From Candidatus Bathyarchaeota archaeon (lineage in GTDB: Archaea > Thermoproteota > Bathyarchaeia > Bathyarchaeales > Bathycorpusculaceae), in assembly GCA_963733095.1 (NCBI GenBank), contig CAVTBV010000010.1:21358-85357 (forward strand): a DNA stretch of 64,000 nt. Direction: 5' to 3'. The notes under the pieces were generated by a model. The model searched no databases. It saw only the letters and a list, made by a program, of their open reading frames with translations, and was not told the origin of the DNA. Shown here piece after piece: positions 19,251 to 29,178 of this stretch; the first letter of the stretch is position 1; each line of letters begins with the position of its first letter. A program made the translations under genes and the position numbers.

Positions 19251-19716
19251 ATTTTAACCCTCTCTTTTCATCAAACACAGGCTTCACCTTTCTTGGTTCT
19301 TCCTCAACAGGCGGGCCTTTTACGAATTCCTGCGGCTTCTGCAGTTGTTCATTAAGGCTATAGTAAGCTTTGTCGTGAATTGGGCTGAGTTCCAAGGCAT
19401 TAACAGGGCAAATGTCTCGGCAGAAACCGCAGAAAATACACCTTTGATAATTTATTCCAGGATATTTTTTAGAATCAGATTTATACATTTTTATGGCTCC
19501 AGACGGGCAAATGCGGGCGCACATAGTGCAGCTTATGCATCGGTCATCATACCATTTGAGCATTCCACGGTAGTTGCAACCCAAGTCTTGGGATACTTCT
19601 GGAAACATCAGGGTTGCCCGAGGAAAGAATAGGTACTTTATTCCCATCCACGTGGCTTCAAGGTAACCAATAACGTCCATTCCTAACAGTTTCCGACGGT
19701 TTTTAGGTTTGGCCAT
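19237..19716 (-). CDS. nuoI: complex I-like subunit I (2x[4Fe-4S])
   Basis: YRG..CISCTMCARICP and CIFCGFCRDICP. Confidence 0.92.
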   Translation of the reverse strand: MAKPKNRRKLLGMDVIGYLEATWMGIKYLFFPRATLMFPEVSQDLGCNYRGMLKWYDDRCISCTMCARICPSGAIKMYKSDSKKYPGINYQRCIFCGFCRDICPVNALELSPIHDKAYYSLNEQLQKPQEFVKGPPVEEEPRKVKPVFDEKRGLKYDST

Positions 19717-20754
19717 TTAGAGCACCCCCAGTCCGACTAAGACAAGAGAAAGAATCACTGATAGTATAGACAGCACAAAAAGTCTATGCCATCCAAGTTT
19801 CAATGCCTGGTCAATGCGGAACCTGCCAAAAACAGTTCTCATGAAAACAGCTAAAGCCATAACTACCCCAGCTTTAATCAACACAACGAGTCCGGACAAT
19901 ATCGGGCTAGCATTTATTGGCCAAATTAGAGGGTTCCAACCGCCTAAAAACACTTCAGAGAAGAATAAGCTATACACATAGAGTTTGATGTAAGGTGCAC
20001 CTAAACAGAATATGAAGAATATTCCGCTATATTCAGTGTAGGGACCAACTACAATTTCGCTTTCTGCTTCAGAAATATCAAAAGGAAAACGTGACGAAGT
20101 CATGAGCAAAGCGCCAAAGAATACAACTGCCGCCAAGGGATTTATAATGAACCCCCACTCAATGCCGGTCTGCTGTTGCACAATTTGAATCAAGCTTAAG
20201 CTATTATACGCAACAGCCATAGCAAGAACAGATAGGAACATTGGAATTTCATAGCTCATAACCAAGTATCCTTCTCGCAGACTGCCTATGAATGAATACT
20301 TGTTGTTACTTGACCAACCGATAATAATGACCACAAGGGGAGCCAGCGTTGCTAACGTAGGTACCAAGAGCATTGTTAGGTCGCTATGAACTGCCGCGTA
20401 GGTGCTGCTGATAGGTATAGCCACAACGGGCAACAATGTTAAAGTAAAGAGCATAATTGGAGCAATAACGAAGACTTTCTTGTCAGAAGCTCTTGGAATG
20501 ATGAACTCTTGAAAGAGATACCTAATCAGATCAGCCATCAGCTGTATGACCCCGCCTAAAGGTTTCAAGATATAGTAGGGACCATAACGCATCTGGACTT
20601 TCGCTGTAAGTTTCCTTTCAAACCATATCAACCCTAGAAGAACTATCAATACCGTTATCAAACCAGGGAAAATAAGTGGAATAAAAAATGCCGGTGAAAT
20701 AATGAAATGCCATATAGTTAGAATTATTTGCCAAATAGTTGCAATTGGATCCAT
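19717..20754 (-). CDS. nuoH: complex I-like subunit H
   Basis: ERKLTAKVQMRYGP, SYEIP, RFPFDISEAESEIVVGPYTEYSG. Confidence 0.94.
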   Translation of the reverse strand: MDPIATIWQIILTIWHFIISPAFFIPLIFPGLITVLIVLLGLIWFERKLTAKVQMRYGPYYILKPLGGVIQLMADLIRYLFQEFIIPRASDKKVFVIAPIMLFTLTLLPVVAIPISSTYAAVHSDLTMLLVPTLATLAPLVVIIIGWSSNNKYSFIGSLREGYLVMSYEIPMFLSVLAMAVAYNSLSLIQIVQQQTGIEWGFIINPLAAVVFFGALLMTSSRFPFDISEAESEIVVGPYTEYSGIFFIFCLGAPYIKLYVYSLFFSEVFLGGWNPLIWPINASPILSGLVVLIKAGVVMALAVFMRTVFGRFRIDQALKLGWHRLFVLSILSVILSLVLVGLGVL

Positions 20755-21921
20755 TTACCTGTCAGCCTCCGGTGGGAAATAGTCCAGACTACCATAGACC
20801 GCAGGTGCGTCAGCCAGTCTTTGACCTATGAGCGCCGCCTTGTAACCCGCGACATTTTTAAATGAAGGGGTGATCATACGCAACCGGTAAGGTTGAGGGC
20901 TTCCATCACTGACAATGTAATAGAAAAGCTCGCCGCGGCTTGCTTCAACTCGGGAAATTGCTGTTCCTTTTGCAGGTTTTAAAGCCGTAAACAATGCAGG
21001 GAATCTGAGAATACCTGTTTGGTCAACAAGTTCCTTCATCTTTGGATTAATAGTTTTCATGTATTTATCAGCGAAGTATGGACCATCAGGAATTTTGTCA
21101 AGGATTTGCCTTACAATTCTGATGCTTTGTTTCATTTCTTCTCGTCTAACAAGAAGCCGAGCGTAACAGTCTCCTGCCTCTTCGGTAATAAGATCAAAGT
21201 CTATTTCGTTGTAGGCGCAGTAAGGCTCTATTTTTCTGACATCATAAGGAACGCCTGAACCTCTCAGGTTGGGACCTACAATACCGATTTTTGCTGCTTC
21301 AGTTTTGGAGATAACTCCTACTCCTTTTAGACGGGCAATGGTAACTGGATTATTAACAAAGAGTTTATCGTAGTCTATCAGGCGCTTTTCGAAGTAACTG
21401 AAAACTTTAAGCACGTTGTTTTTAAAATCAGCAGGGAAATTTCGCCTTACACCTCCTGGAACAATGTAAGCATATGTTAATCTGGCACCTGTCAATTGCT
21501 GTGACAGTTCCAAAAAGGGCTCTCTATCCTGAAAAGCCCATTCAAACATGGTTGAAGAGCCGATCATGTTTCCGAAAATGCCAAGACCGTAAAGGTGACT
21601 ATGGATTCTATTAAGTTCACACAATAACATCCGCAGGTATTGAGCTCTAGGAGGAACTTCAACATCCAACAATTTCTCCAAAGCTAAAATATAACCTAAG
21701 TTATGGTTTGACGAATCTGCCAGTGCAGGCCTTTCTACAAGCGGAATTATTTGCAGGTAAGTTTTTGTTTCAGCTATTTTTTCAACTGCGCGATGAACAT
21801 AACCTATGTTAGGTTCAAACCTTATGATAATGTCGCCGTCCACTTCAGCAATGAGCCTCATGTGACCCGAGCCAGGGTGCTGCGGACCAATTAAGAGTTC
21901 AACTGTTTCGCCACCACTCAA
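20755..21921 (-). CDS. nuoD: complex I-like subunit D
   Basis: GPQHPGSGHMRL, IGYVHRAVEK, ELNRIHSH, C-terminal SLDYFPPEADR; no NiFe-binding CxxC motifs. Confidence 0.93.
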   Translation of the reverse strand: MSGGETVELLIGPQHPGSGHMRLIAEVDGDIIIRFEPNIGYVHRAVEKIAETKTYLQIIPLVERPALADSSNHNLGYILALEKLLDVEVPPRAQYLRMLLCELNRIHSHLYGLGIFGNMIGSSTMFEWAFQDREPFLELSQQLTGARLTYAYIVPGGVRRNFPADFKNNVLKVFSYFEKRLIDYDKLFVNNPVTIARLKGVGVISKTEAAKIGIVGPNLRGSGVPYDVRKIEPYCAYNEIDFDLITEEAGDCYARLLVRREEMKQSIRIVRQILDKIPDGPYFADKYMKTINPKMKELVDQTGILRFPALFTALKPAKGTAISRVEASRGELFYYIVSDGSPQPYRLRMITPSFKNVAGYKAALIGQRLADAPAVYGSLDYFPPEADR

Positions 21922-22367
21922 GCGTCGATCCCCTCTGTTTTTAGTTTAAAGTCTTTCCTTAGCGGAGGGCCCCCTTCGAAGTTGTCCATAAGAAAAAGCC
22001 GTCCTTTTAGAGGCAATCCCTCGAACGTAACCCCCATTAGATCTAATGTTTCTCGCTCAGGGTATTCAGCGCTAGGCCAGATGTCAATCACTGACGCTAT
22101 TTTTGGGTCTTGGCGATCAATAGATGCCCTTAGCTCAAAAATAAACGTGACTAGTTCAGCGTTCAAAAATGACGAAATGTGGTAAACGATATCTATCTTC
22201 TTTTCTTGTGGTAGGTCGATAGCAGTTACTGACTTAACATGATCAAACCCTATAGAATCCAATTTATTTGCAACTTCCAGAATTTTTAAACGATCTACAG
22301 TTGCCGATAGACAGGTTGGAGACAATACGTTTATTTCGCTAACAAGGCCGTTAAGCTCAACAGACAT
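21918..22367 (-). CDS. nuoC: complex I-like subunit C
   Basis: WPSAEYPERETLDLMGVTFEG, PPLRKDF. Confidence 0.9.
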   Translation of the reverse strand: MSVELNGLVSEINVLSPTCLSATVDRLKILEVANKLDSIGFDHVKSVTAIDLPQEKKIDIVYHISSFLNAELVTFIFELRASIDRQDPKIASVIDIWPSAEYPERETLDLMGVTFEGLPLKGRLFLMDNFEGGPPLRKDFKLKTEGIDA

Positions 22368-22383
22368 CTTAGTTACTAATTCA

Positions 22384-22905
22384 TCAATTTCCAGGATAAG
22401 GTGTCCCTCTTTTCCGTATTTTACGCTGGGTCATAATTATTCCCCGCAGAACACCTTCAGGTCTTGGGGGGCAACCTATAATGAAAGTATCTACTGGTAA
22501 AATTTCATGGGATCTAACTATATTGTAGCTGTTCCAGAAGATACCGCCGTCAATAGCACATGCGCCCATGGCAATAACGAACTTTGGCTCTGGCATCTGT
22601 TGATAGACAACTTTGGCTGCTTCACCCATCTTCTTTGTTAATGTTCCTTCTATGAATATTACGTTACATTGTCGTGTGCCAACAAACGGAAGAGCCCCGA
22701 ATCTTTCAGCGTCGTATCTAGGTGCGAAGGCTGCTGCGAATTCCGCTCCACAACATGCAGTCGTGAAATGAACTGGCCAAAGAGAGTAAGATATACCCCA
22801 GTTTCGAATGGAGCTAAATGGCTTTCGCTCCATAAGCTTCCGCAAGGCTTTTTCGAAGGACAGTATAGGTGTTTTTATTTTTTGGTTTCTCTCCTCATTG
22901 TCCAT
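22384..22905 (-). CDS. nuoB: complex I-like subunit B
   Basis: TACCGAE tandem Cys, QMPEPKFVIAMGACA, GCPPRPE. Confidence 0.94.
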   Translation of the reverse strand: MDNEERNQKIKTPILSFEKALRKLMERKPFSSIRNWGISYSLWPVHFTTACCGAEFAAAFAPRYDAERFGALPFVGTRQCNVIFIEGTLTKKMGEAAKVVYQQMPEPKFVIAMGACAIDGGIFWNSYNIVRSHEILPVDTFIIGCPPRPEGVLRGIIMTQRKIRKRGTPYPGN

Positions 22906-23279
22906 AATCCAACCTTCCTCGCTGAGTCGAGGCCAAAGATAATTGGCGGAACAAGCATCGCTAAAATGGCGCCGAACAACTCTACTGTTGGCGCGAACGC
23001 TTGATGAGCATCCATGAGCAGCAGAAACCAGTAGATAAAAATTGGCTCTACGGTTAAAAAGACAACTAGGTAAGCATAATACTGCATAGCAAGGTGGCCT
23101 CTTTCATAGGAAGTAGAAGGCTTGTTACCACAGTCAAACTGCTCATTTTTGAGGGGCAACGATTTAGGCGGTGCCACAGTGCGGCTTATAGCGAAGCCGA
23201 TAGCACCGAAGCCGATACCCCCAGCCAGCGCCAAAATAAAGGCGATTAGAGTACTCGGATCAACTACAAGTGTTGACAT
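22875..23279 (-). CDS. nuoA: complex I-like subunit A (start probably ATG 23279, after GGAGG)
   Basis: 3 TM helices, FDCGNKP, QYYAYLVVFLTVE. Confidence 0.88.
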   Translation of the reverse strand: MSTLVVDPSTLIAFILALAGGIGFGAIGFAISRTVAPPKSLPLKNEQFDCGNKPSTSYERGHLAMQYYAYLVVFLTVEPIFIYWFLLLMDAHQAFAPTVELFGAILAMLVPPIIFGLDSARKVGLWTMRRETKK

Positions 23280-23664
23280 TGTTAATACCTCCACATATTA
23301 AGCTACATGCTAAACCTATCGAAAGCACGATGAATACATAGTCATTAAAGGCTTTGACCCCAGTCAACCCTTCTCATCCCCTTATCTGAAACTTAATTAG
23401 CTATTAAATTTCGCCCTACCAGCCTAATATGTATTTTGGATTATTATTATGAATATTTTAGTAAAAAACATAGTTATTTTTAACGCATTAATTTTAATTT
23501 CTGTCTTTAAACGAGACTTAAAAGTGCCGATGACCCCAAAAAAAATGTTATTTCCCAAAATTATGCCAAAATGCTTTCATTTCTGAGCCCGAAACCTTTT
23601 TTGTCACCTCATTGTCATATTTTAAAGAAATGCAAATTTCCCACCATTCGGTGAACAACACAAG

Positions 23665-24846
23665 ATGACCGCAGTCGAAAATCAGCAAGCTATTTCTCGT
23701 TACCGTTGGACAGTGTTGTTAGCTTCTCTGTTTGCTTTTATAATGTATGCGTATTCTCTTCAATCTGTGCCGCCTCTGCTACAGCAATTTCAAGGTATTT
23801 TCGGTATAAATGCTGCGACGGCTGGGCTCTTGATGTCTATGGCCGTTATTCCAGGGATTGTTTTAGCATTGCCAGCAGGAATACTAATTGGCAAGTACAG
23901 CTTCCGAAAAATAGGATTCTTGTCAACTTTGACGATTGGCATTGGCAGCTTGATCATGGCGCTTTCATCAAGCTTTCCAGTGGCCCTGTTGGGACGATTC
24001 ACAATAGGCTTAGGAGGCGGCTTGCTTTCGGTTGGGACGCCGTCGATTGTTCCGCAATGGTTTGAGCACAAGGAAATGGGAAGAGCTATGAGTGTTTATG
24101 CAGTAGGAATGCCTGTAGGAACGGTAGCGGCATTTTTCACCACGCCAATCATAGCTCAAAGTTTTGGTTGGCAATCTCTGTTCTATGTGGGAGCTTTAGT
24201 TTCAACACTATCTGCCATATTTTTCTGGGCAATTGTGAGAGATGGCCCACTAAAAGGCGATTCAACAGCTAAACTTTCAGATGCTTGGCAAACGCTGACC
24301 AAACGTGAAGTCTGGAAAGCGAGCCTCATTTGGATGTTCTTTAACATGGTTGCAATTGGGTTTCTAACATGGGCACCTGATCTTTTCGTTACGTTCAAGA
24401 GCCTCACACTGGTGAACGCAAGCATTTTTTCGAGTCTAATAATGATTTCAATCTTCTTTTTTATTCCCATTTTCGGGTACGCTTCAGATAGGTCGGGAAG
24501 ACGTAAACCCTTCATAGTCGCCAGTATGACGCTTATGGCGCTAAGTCTCTACGCTACCACTTATTTGAATGGCGTATCTCTGGCGGCTTCTATCATAATT
24601 CTTGGCGCAGTAGCCGCAGGTGTACCACCTCTTGTTATGGCAGTAACAGCTCAGACTCTACCTCCAAGATTGGCTGGTATGGGCTTTGGTACCGTAACGT
24701 TCTGGCAAAACGTAGGAATAGCGCTGATAGCTCCGATAGTGGGATACCTTCTAGAAATCACGCGTTCTTTGTCATTGACTTTTCTGGGACTGTCTATTTT
24801 TGCGTTGATTGGTGCTATAGTAGCTTTAACGCTTCGCTCGAGATAA
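23665..24846 (+). CDS. major facilitator superfamily transporter
   Basis: 12 TM pattern, GYASDRSGRRK motif. Confidence 0.9.
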   Translation: MTAVENQQAISRYRWTVLLASLFAFIMYAYSLQSVPPLLQQFQGIFGINAATAGLLMSMAVIPGIVLALPAGILIGKYSFRKIGFLSTLTIGIGSLIMALSSSFPVALLGRFTIGLGGGLLSVGTPSIVPQWFEHKEMGRAMSVYAVGMPVGTVAAFFTTPIIAQSFGWQSLFYVGALVSTLSAIFFWAIVRDGPLKGDSTAKLSDAWQTLTKREVWKASLIWMFFNMVAIGFLTWAPDLFVTFKSLTLVNASIFSSLIMISIFFFIPIFGYASDRSGRRKPFIVASMTLMALSLYATTYLNGVSLAASIIILGAVAAGVPPLVMAVTAQTLPPRLAGMGFGTVTFWQNVGIALIAPIVGYLLEITRSLSLTFLGLSIFALIGAIVALTLRSR

Positions 24847-24996
24847 AATGCTCTTTGTTTGAAGTTCCTTACTGTATCTTTGCATAGCTGGCCTTGAGGT
24901 TCGTTTGAAAGGCAGACAAAAAATTATTTCAAAAGATAAAATTTTTGGAGGTTTCTGTAATGCTTAGGGTCAAAATATTGTTGTAAAGTTCTGCTG

Positions 24997-25704
24997 CTAT
25001 TTTGTAGCCATGTATAATCCAACAATTCCAAAAGAAAGCGGTTTAAAAGCCTCATCAGTAAAACCTGCGCTCTTGAACATCGACAAAATGTCTTTGGGGA
25101 CGGGAAAGTTAGCTGCCGATTTTCCAAGATATTTGTAGGCTGGCTTCCCTCCAGATACCCATCCTCCAACAAGAGGAACGATTCTTAAGCAATAGAAACG
25201 GAATAAGCTTCTAATAAGACGGTTTTTTGGCTGACTAGTTTCAACGCACGTGAACTTTCCATGCCTTTTAAGCGTTCTCGTTACCTCTTTCAAGTATGCG
25301 ATAGCCTTAGGATTCCTGTAAATGAGGTTCCGAAAAGAAAAGGAAATTTTTACGGTATCTACAGATTCATTTTTCAATGGCAAATAAGCGGCATCCGCAA
25401 TGACAAACGCAAAATTATCCCTGCCTGCCCATTTGCTCTTGGATTTCTTAGCGATTGCTTTTGACAACATTTCTTTGCTAAAGTCAAGACCTAATAAGAA
25501 TGAATCATCATCGAGGTTCTGCATAAGGCTGAAAGAGAGATCGCCCGTCCCACAGCAAAGGTCAACTACAAAATGTCCATCGGCAGATTCTTTGGCGCAA
25601 GCTTTGCGCCAACGCTTATCTAAACCGAATGTCAAAACCTTATTGGATAAATCGTAAGTTTCTGCCACTGTGGAGAACATGGGTTTAAGCATAACACTAT
25701 GCAT
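24997..25704 (-). CDS. menG: demethylmenaquinone/ubiquinone C-methyltransferase (MenG/UbiE)
   Basis: MFSTVAETYDLSNKVLTFGLDKRWRK, VDLCCGTGD, FRN, AYKYL..S. Confidence 0.85.
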   Translation of the reverse strand: MHSVMLKPMFSTVAETYDLSNKVLTFGLDKRWRKACAKESADGHFVVDLCCGTGDLSFSLMQNLDDDSFLLGLDFSKEMLSKAIAKKSKSKWAGRDNFAFVIADAAYLPLKNESVDTVKISFSFRNLIYRNPKAIAYLKEVTRTLKRHGKFTCVETSQPKNRLIRSLFRFYCLRIVPLVGGWVSGGKPAYKYLGKSAANFPVPKDILSMFKSAGFTDEAFKPLSFGIVGLYMATK

Positions 25705-25889
25705 CTCGGACTTTCTTGTGAAACAGTTGGTTTTCCGATAATTTTAGCTAATTCAAGGATATAAATTGTAAGGCTTTTTTATGATAAAATTCATGTAAAT
25801 TTTTCCTAGAAGTAGACGACAAATCGCCAACGGTTCAACAAAATACAGAGGTAAAAAAAAGTACACAAGTATTTTAATAGCGGCAAACA

Positions 25890-27101
25890 CTAAAAACTTA
25901 CAAAGTTGAATTTAATTATCGAAACCACGCCCCACAGATTAACTAGCAAGCTTAGAATTATCAGGCTCTTTTCTTCCCAGCCCAAGTTTTCTCTCATGCC
26001 CTTGGCTGCCAGCAACATAAGAAAGGGTGTGAAGTCGAGGCTGAATCGGTAGCCGAACTGGGTGAAACCTACGGTGCCGTGGGTAATGAGGATGGGCAGG
26101 ATGCAGACGACGGCTAATGCGGCGTATTTGCTGAGTCTGTTCCAGGGTCCTTTGAAGATGTAGATGAAGGCTGGAGTGGTAAAGAATAAGCCTAGTCCCA
26201 TCCAATTGGGTTCGAAGTACGGGAAGTTGCTCAGGAGGATTGGTCCTTGGAAGAGGATGGCGTAGATGTGGCGTGGGATATAGCTGATGTTAAAGATGCC
26301 CTGTTGGAAATATGGGTCTTGCTGGATGCCCGGGATAAGGGTGTAGCCCAAGTCCGAGAAGACACCCCAGCGACCAAAATTGTAAAGCTCATAGACGCCT
26401 AAAAGTAGGCCTAAGCCTACAAGAAAAAAAGCAACTCGCTTTAACCTGGGTTTCCAAGTGCTGTTTTGCTCGTAGATTATAAGCAGAAAAAAGGGAAAGG
26501 AGAGAACCACGGGGAGCCGTGACAGAAAAGCGAAGCCTAAGAGCAAGCCAGATAGGAAGGGGCTTTTTTTGTAGAGAGTAAGAATTAAGGCTAAAGTAAG
26601 AAAGAGAACAGCGGATACGTGCTCGATGTACCATGAAGAACCCACTGACGCCGTGAACCAGAAACATGTTCCAAAACCAAACAACGCCGTCAGCCACAAC
26701 GCTTTGCTTCCGTTAGCACCAGTCTTCTTGAGCATGAACCATGTTGCGGCGACGCAAAGAGATGCGAGAAATATGGACATTAAACCTTGGTCAAAGCTGG
26801 TGCCGAAGAGTGCCACGAAGGGCAAGAGCAAAACCGCAGGCATCGGCGGATAAACCACAAAGTAGTTGCCGTCAAAAGGCACGATTTCGGCAAGTCCTGT
26901 TCCTCCACCTGAAACACCTAATCTGCCATGGAGGAAAGCGTCAGCTAAATAGATAAAGTGGTTCTGCCCAGGAGGCGGACCCTTCGAGAGGGCAAAAACA
27001 AGCAAGGCAACAAGCGCAATGATGAGGAGTTTCCAGCGAAGCCGGAAAGAACTTAATCGAGCCCAAATCTGCGAGATTGCCAGATTAATCTTAGCCATCA
27101 T
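25890..27101 (-). CDS. polytopic membrane protein, probable GT-C-fold glycosyltransferase
   Basis: LADAFLHGRL, YPPMPA, FLSRLP, QFGYRFSLDFTP; many TM helices. Confidence 0.55.
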   Translation of the reverse strand: MMAKINLAISQIWARLSSFRLRWKLLIIALVALLVFALSKGPPPGQNHFIYLADAFLHGRLGVSGGGTGLAEIVPFDGNYFVVYPPMPAVLLLPFVALFGTSFDQGLMSIFLASLCVAATWFMLKKTGANGSKALWLTALFGFGTCFWFTASVGSSWYIEHVSAVLFLTLALILTLYKKSPFLSGLLLGFAFLSRLPVVLSFPFFLLIIYEQNSTWKPRLKRVAFFLVGLGLLLGVYELYNFGRWGVFSDLGYTLIPGIQQDPYFQQGIFNISYIPRHIYAILFQGPILLSNFPYFEPNWMGLGLFFTTPAFIYIFKGPWNRLSKYAALAVVCILPILITHGTVGFTQFGYRFSLDFTPFLMLLAAKGMRENLGWEEKSLIILSLLVNLWGVVSIIKFNFVSF

Positions 27102-27214
27102 TGAAACTGTTACCTTTAGAATTTGGAATCTCAGAAACTAATTAAAGTTTGCAGTTTCCAAATTGTATGGCAAGTTTTTTAAAACACACTGCCTATTATT
27201 AATTAGAGGATATC

Positions 27215-27427
27215 TTGATGGCAACTCTTGAATGCCCATTTTGTAATGAAATCCTCGAAGTGGAACCGCCCGACCGACTTCATACAGCATTTTCTATTTC
27301 TAAACCGCTACCGAAAAGTCTTCATGAGAAAGTCGTTAAAAAAAACTACAAGTGCCAAAAACCCAACTGCAAAAAACCAATCACTATCTTCTGGTATGCA
27401 CCGCTTGAATACTTCAACAGACTATAA
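27215..27427 (+). CDS. small zinc-ribbon protein
   Basis: CPFC and CQKPNC; GAGG upstream. Confidence 0.6.
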   Translation: MMATLECPFCNEILEVEPPDRLHTAFSISKPLPKSLHEKVVKKNYKCQKPNCKKPITIFWYAPLEYFNRL

Positions 27428-27486
27428 ATTTCATGCGGAAGCAAGAAGCTTAAAAAGTGAATCGCCCAATAATGCTTTGAGGCTGG

Positions 27487-27705
27487 TTGCATATGGATGA
27501 AAACGTTCTCGTTACGATTACAGTTAGCCGAAAAAAAGATGAAATCGTCTACAAAGTCGACTGCGCTAAAGAAGTTAAGAGCGAAGAATTAGCACACTAT
27601 TTAGATGAGATAATCGAGGGCATCTGCACTTGGAAACCGGAAGTCTGTGAAGAAACCATGCAGACAATCGTTGGAACCATCAGAGAAGCGCCCAAGAAAA
27701 AATAA
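27487..27705 (+). CDS. small hypothetical protein
   Basis: Protein-like composition; GAGG upstream. Confidence 0.5.
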   Translation: MHMDENVLVTITVSRKKDEIVYKVDCAKEVKSEELAHYLDEIIEGICTWKPEVCEETMQTIVGTIREAPKKK

Positions 27706-27790
27706 TTCCATTCAAATAAGCCTGCGCCGACTTGACTTTGGGAAAATAATTTAACGCTAACTCTTACATTTCAGATTTGCAAGAATTAAA

Positions 27791-28659
27791 ATGTCCAGCA
27801 AATCCATAGTAATAATCGGGGCAGGGCTCGCAGGTTTAGCCATGGGTTGCTACTCTCAAATGAGCGGGAGAGTTTGCTTTTCGTTCAAAAGTTGGGAAGA
27901 TAACTAATAAAGATGGTACTACTGTTGGCGTTGTGCTTGAGGATGGCAGTGAGCATTTGGGGGATGTAGTTATTTCTGCAGCGGATGGTTATTCCACGAT
28001 TTTTGGAATGCTGGAAGGAAAATACGTCCACAACAAAATCAATGCATACTACAATGATTAACCGAAAAATCAACCTTTCGGACTTGAAGTCTGGTACGGA
28101 CTTAACATGAAACTCTCAGGTGAACCTCATGCGATAGTGCGTTTCCTCGACAAACCCGTAACCATAGAAGGAACCGAACGGGATAGGCTCGACATAGAAG
28201 TTTTCAACTTTGACCAATCACTTGCGCCCAAGGCAAAACAGTAATAAAAGTCGTGATGGATTCAAACAATGAATATTGGAAACCGTTATCTCTTGATGCT
28301 GAAAAATACCGTGCTGAAAAACAGAAAGTTGCCGACCAAATCGCGGAACGGCTGGAAGAGAGGTTTCCAGGATTCCAAAGTCTAATAGAAACCACAGACG
28401 TAGCTACGCCAATCTCTGCTGAGCATTGGACCCAGCGTACCGCGGTTGCCAAGCCTACGGTGCCCCAAAAGAATACCTAAAAGAAGTAACCAAAAACGGC
28501 GTGAGCAAAACATTGCCGGGGCTACAGAATTTCTACATGGTTGGGCAGTGGGCTGGCGGCATAATCGGATTGAACACCGTGTGTTTGATGGGTCGCAATC
28601 TCGTTAGGGATCTTTGCAAAAAAGAAGGAAAGAAATTTAAAACGAGCACCACGGAATAA
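27791..28659 (+). pseudogene. NAD(P)/FAD-dependent oxidoreductase (phytoene dehydrogenase-like), internally deleted and frameshifted
   Basis: MSSKSIVIIGAGLAGLAMGCYSQM start; later fragments AADGYSTIF, TDVATP and LPGLQNFYMVGQW in different frames. Confidence 0.75.
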
Positions 28660-28666
28660 ATCAGCG

Positions 28667-29098
28667 TTACTTCGGGGCTCTCTTGAAGTATTCCTTTAAG
28701 GGTTCCCAGTAGAATTCAGTCCAACCCTCAGCAGTCTCAGCTTCTCGGTCCTTAGGAACATTCGAATGCACCATCACGATTTCCGTTCCCTTGGGCACTG
28801 CACAGAAATTCAACTCCAGCCTTGAAGGAGAAGCGCCCTCTGGAAAATCCGTCGATGTCCACTCCTGAACCACCTTTTTTCCTTCTTCAAGCTCTAGAAA
28901 CTTTCCCGATATGTATCCGTCCCATGCAGTGAATTTGCCGCCGACGACTGGTTCGCCAGTGGCTGGACTGTCTGTGAATTCGCTTTGTTTTTCAGGATCT
29001 ACGTAGGCTTCGTAGACTTCTTTGGGAGTAACTTTTGGTATGATAACTTTTTGTTTTATTGTCGCTAATTCGGACTTGTTCAAACCTTCCACGACCAC
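28667..29098 (-). CDS. SRPBCC/AHSA1-like domain protein
   Basis: TPKEVYEAYVD, GGKFTAWDG, VVQEW, EGWTEFYWEPLK. Confidence 0.85.
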   Translation of the reverse strand: MVVEGLNKSELATIKQKVIIPKVTPKEVYEAYVDPEKQSEFTDSPATGEPVVGGKFTAWDGYISGKFLELEEGKKVVQEWTSTDFPEGASPSRLELNFCAVPKGTEIVMVHSNVPKDREAETAEGWTEFYWEPLKEYFKRAPK

Positions 29099-29178
29099 TA
29101 GACTTTAGGTTGGAAGAGCTTTTAACTCTGATGCTACTATTTGCCATAGCCAGCAACCGATAAAAGAAGGCACTTAAG

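Noticed and set aside
20755-22905. Group 4 [NiFe] hydrogenase (Ech/Mbh) interpretation
   Set aside because: The large subunit lacks both CxxC Ni-binding motifs; the small subunit has the complex I tandem CC; nuoA/J/K are present.
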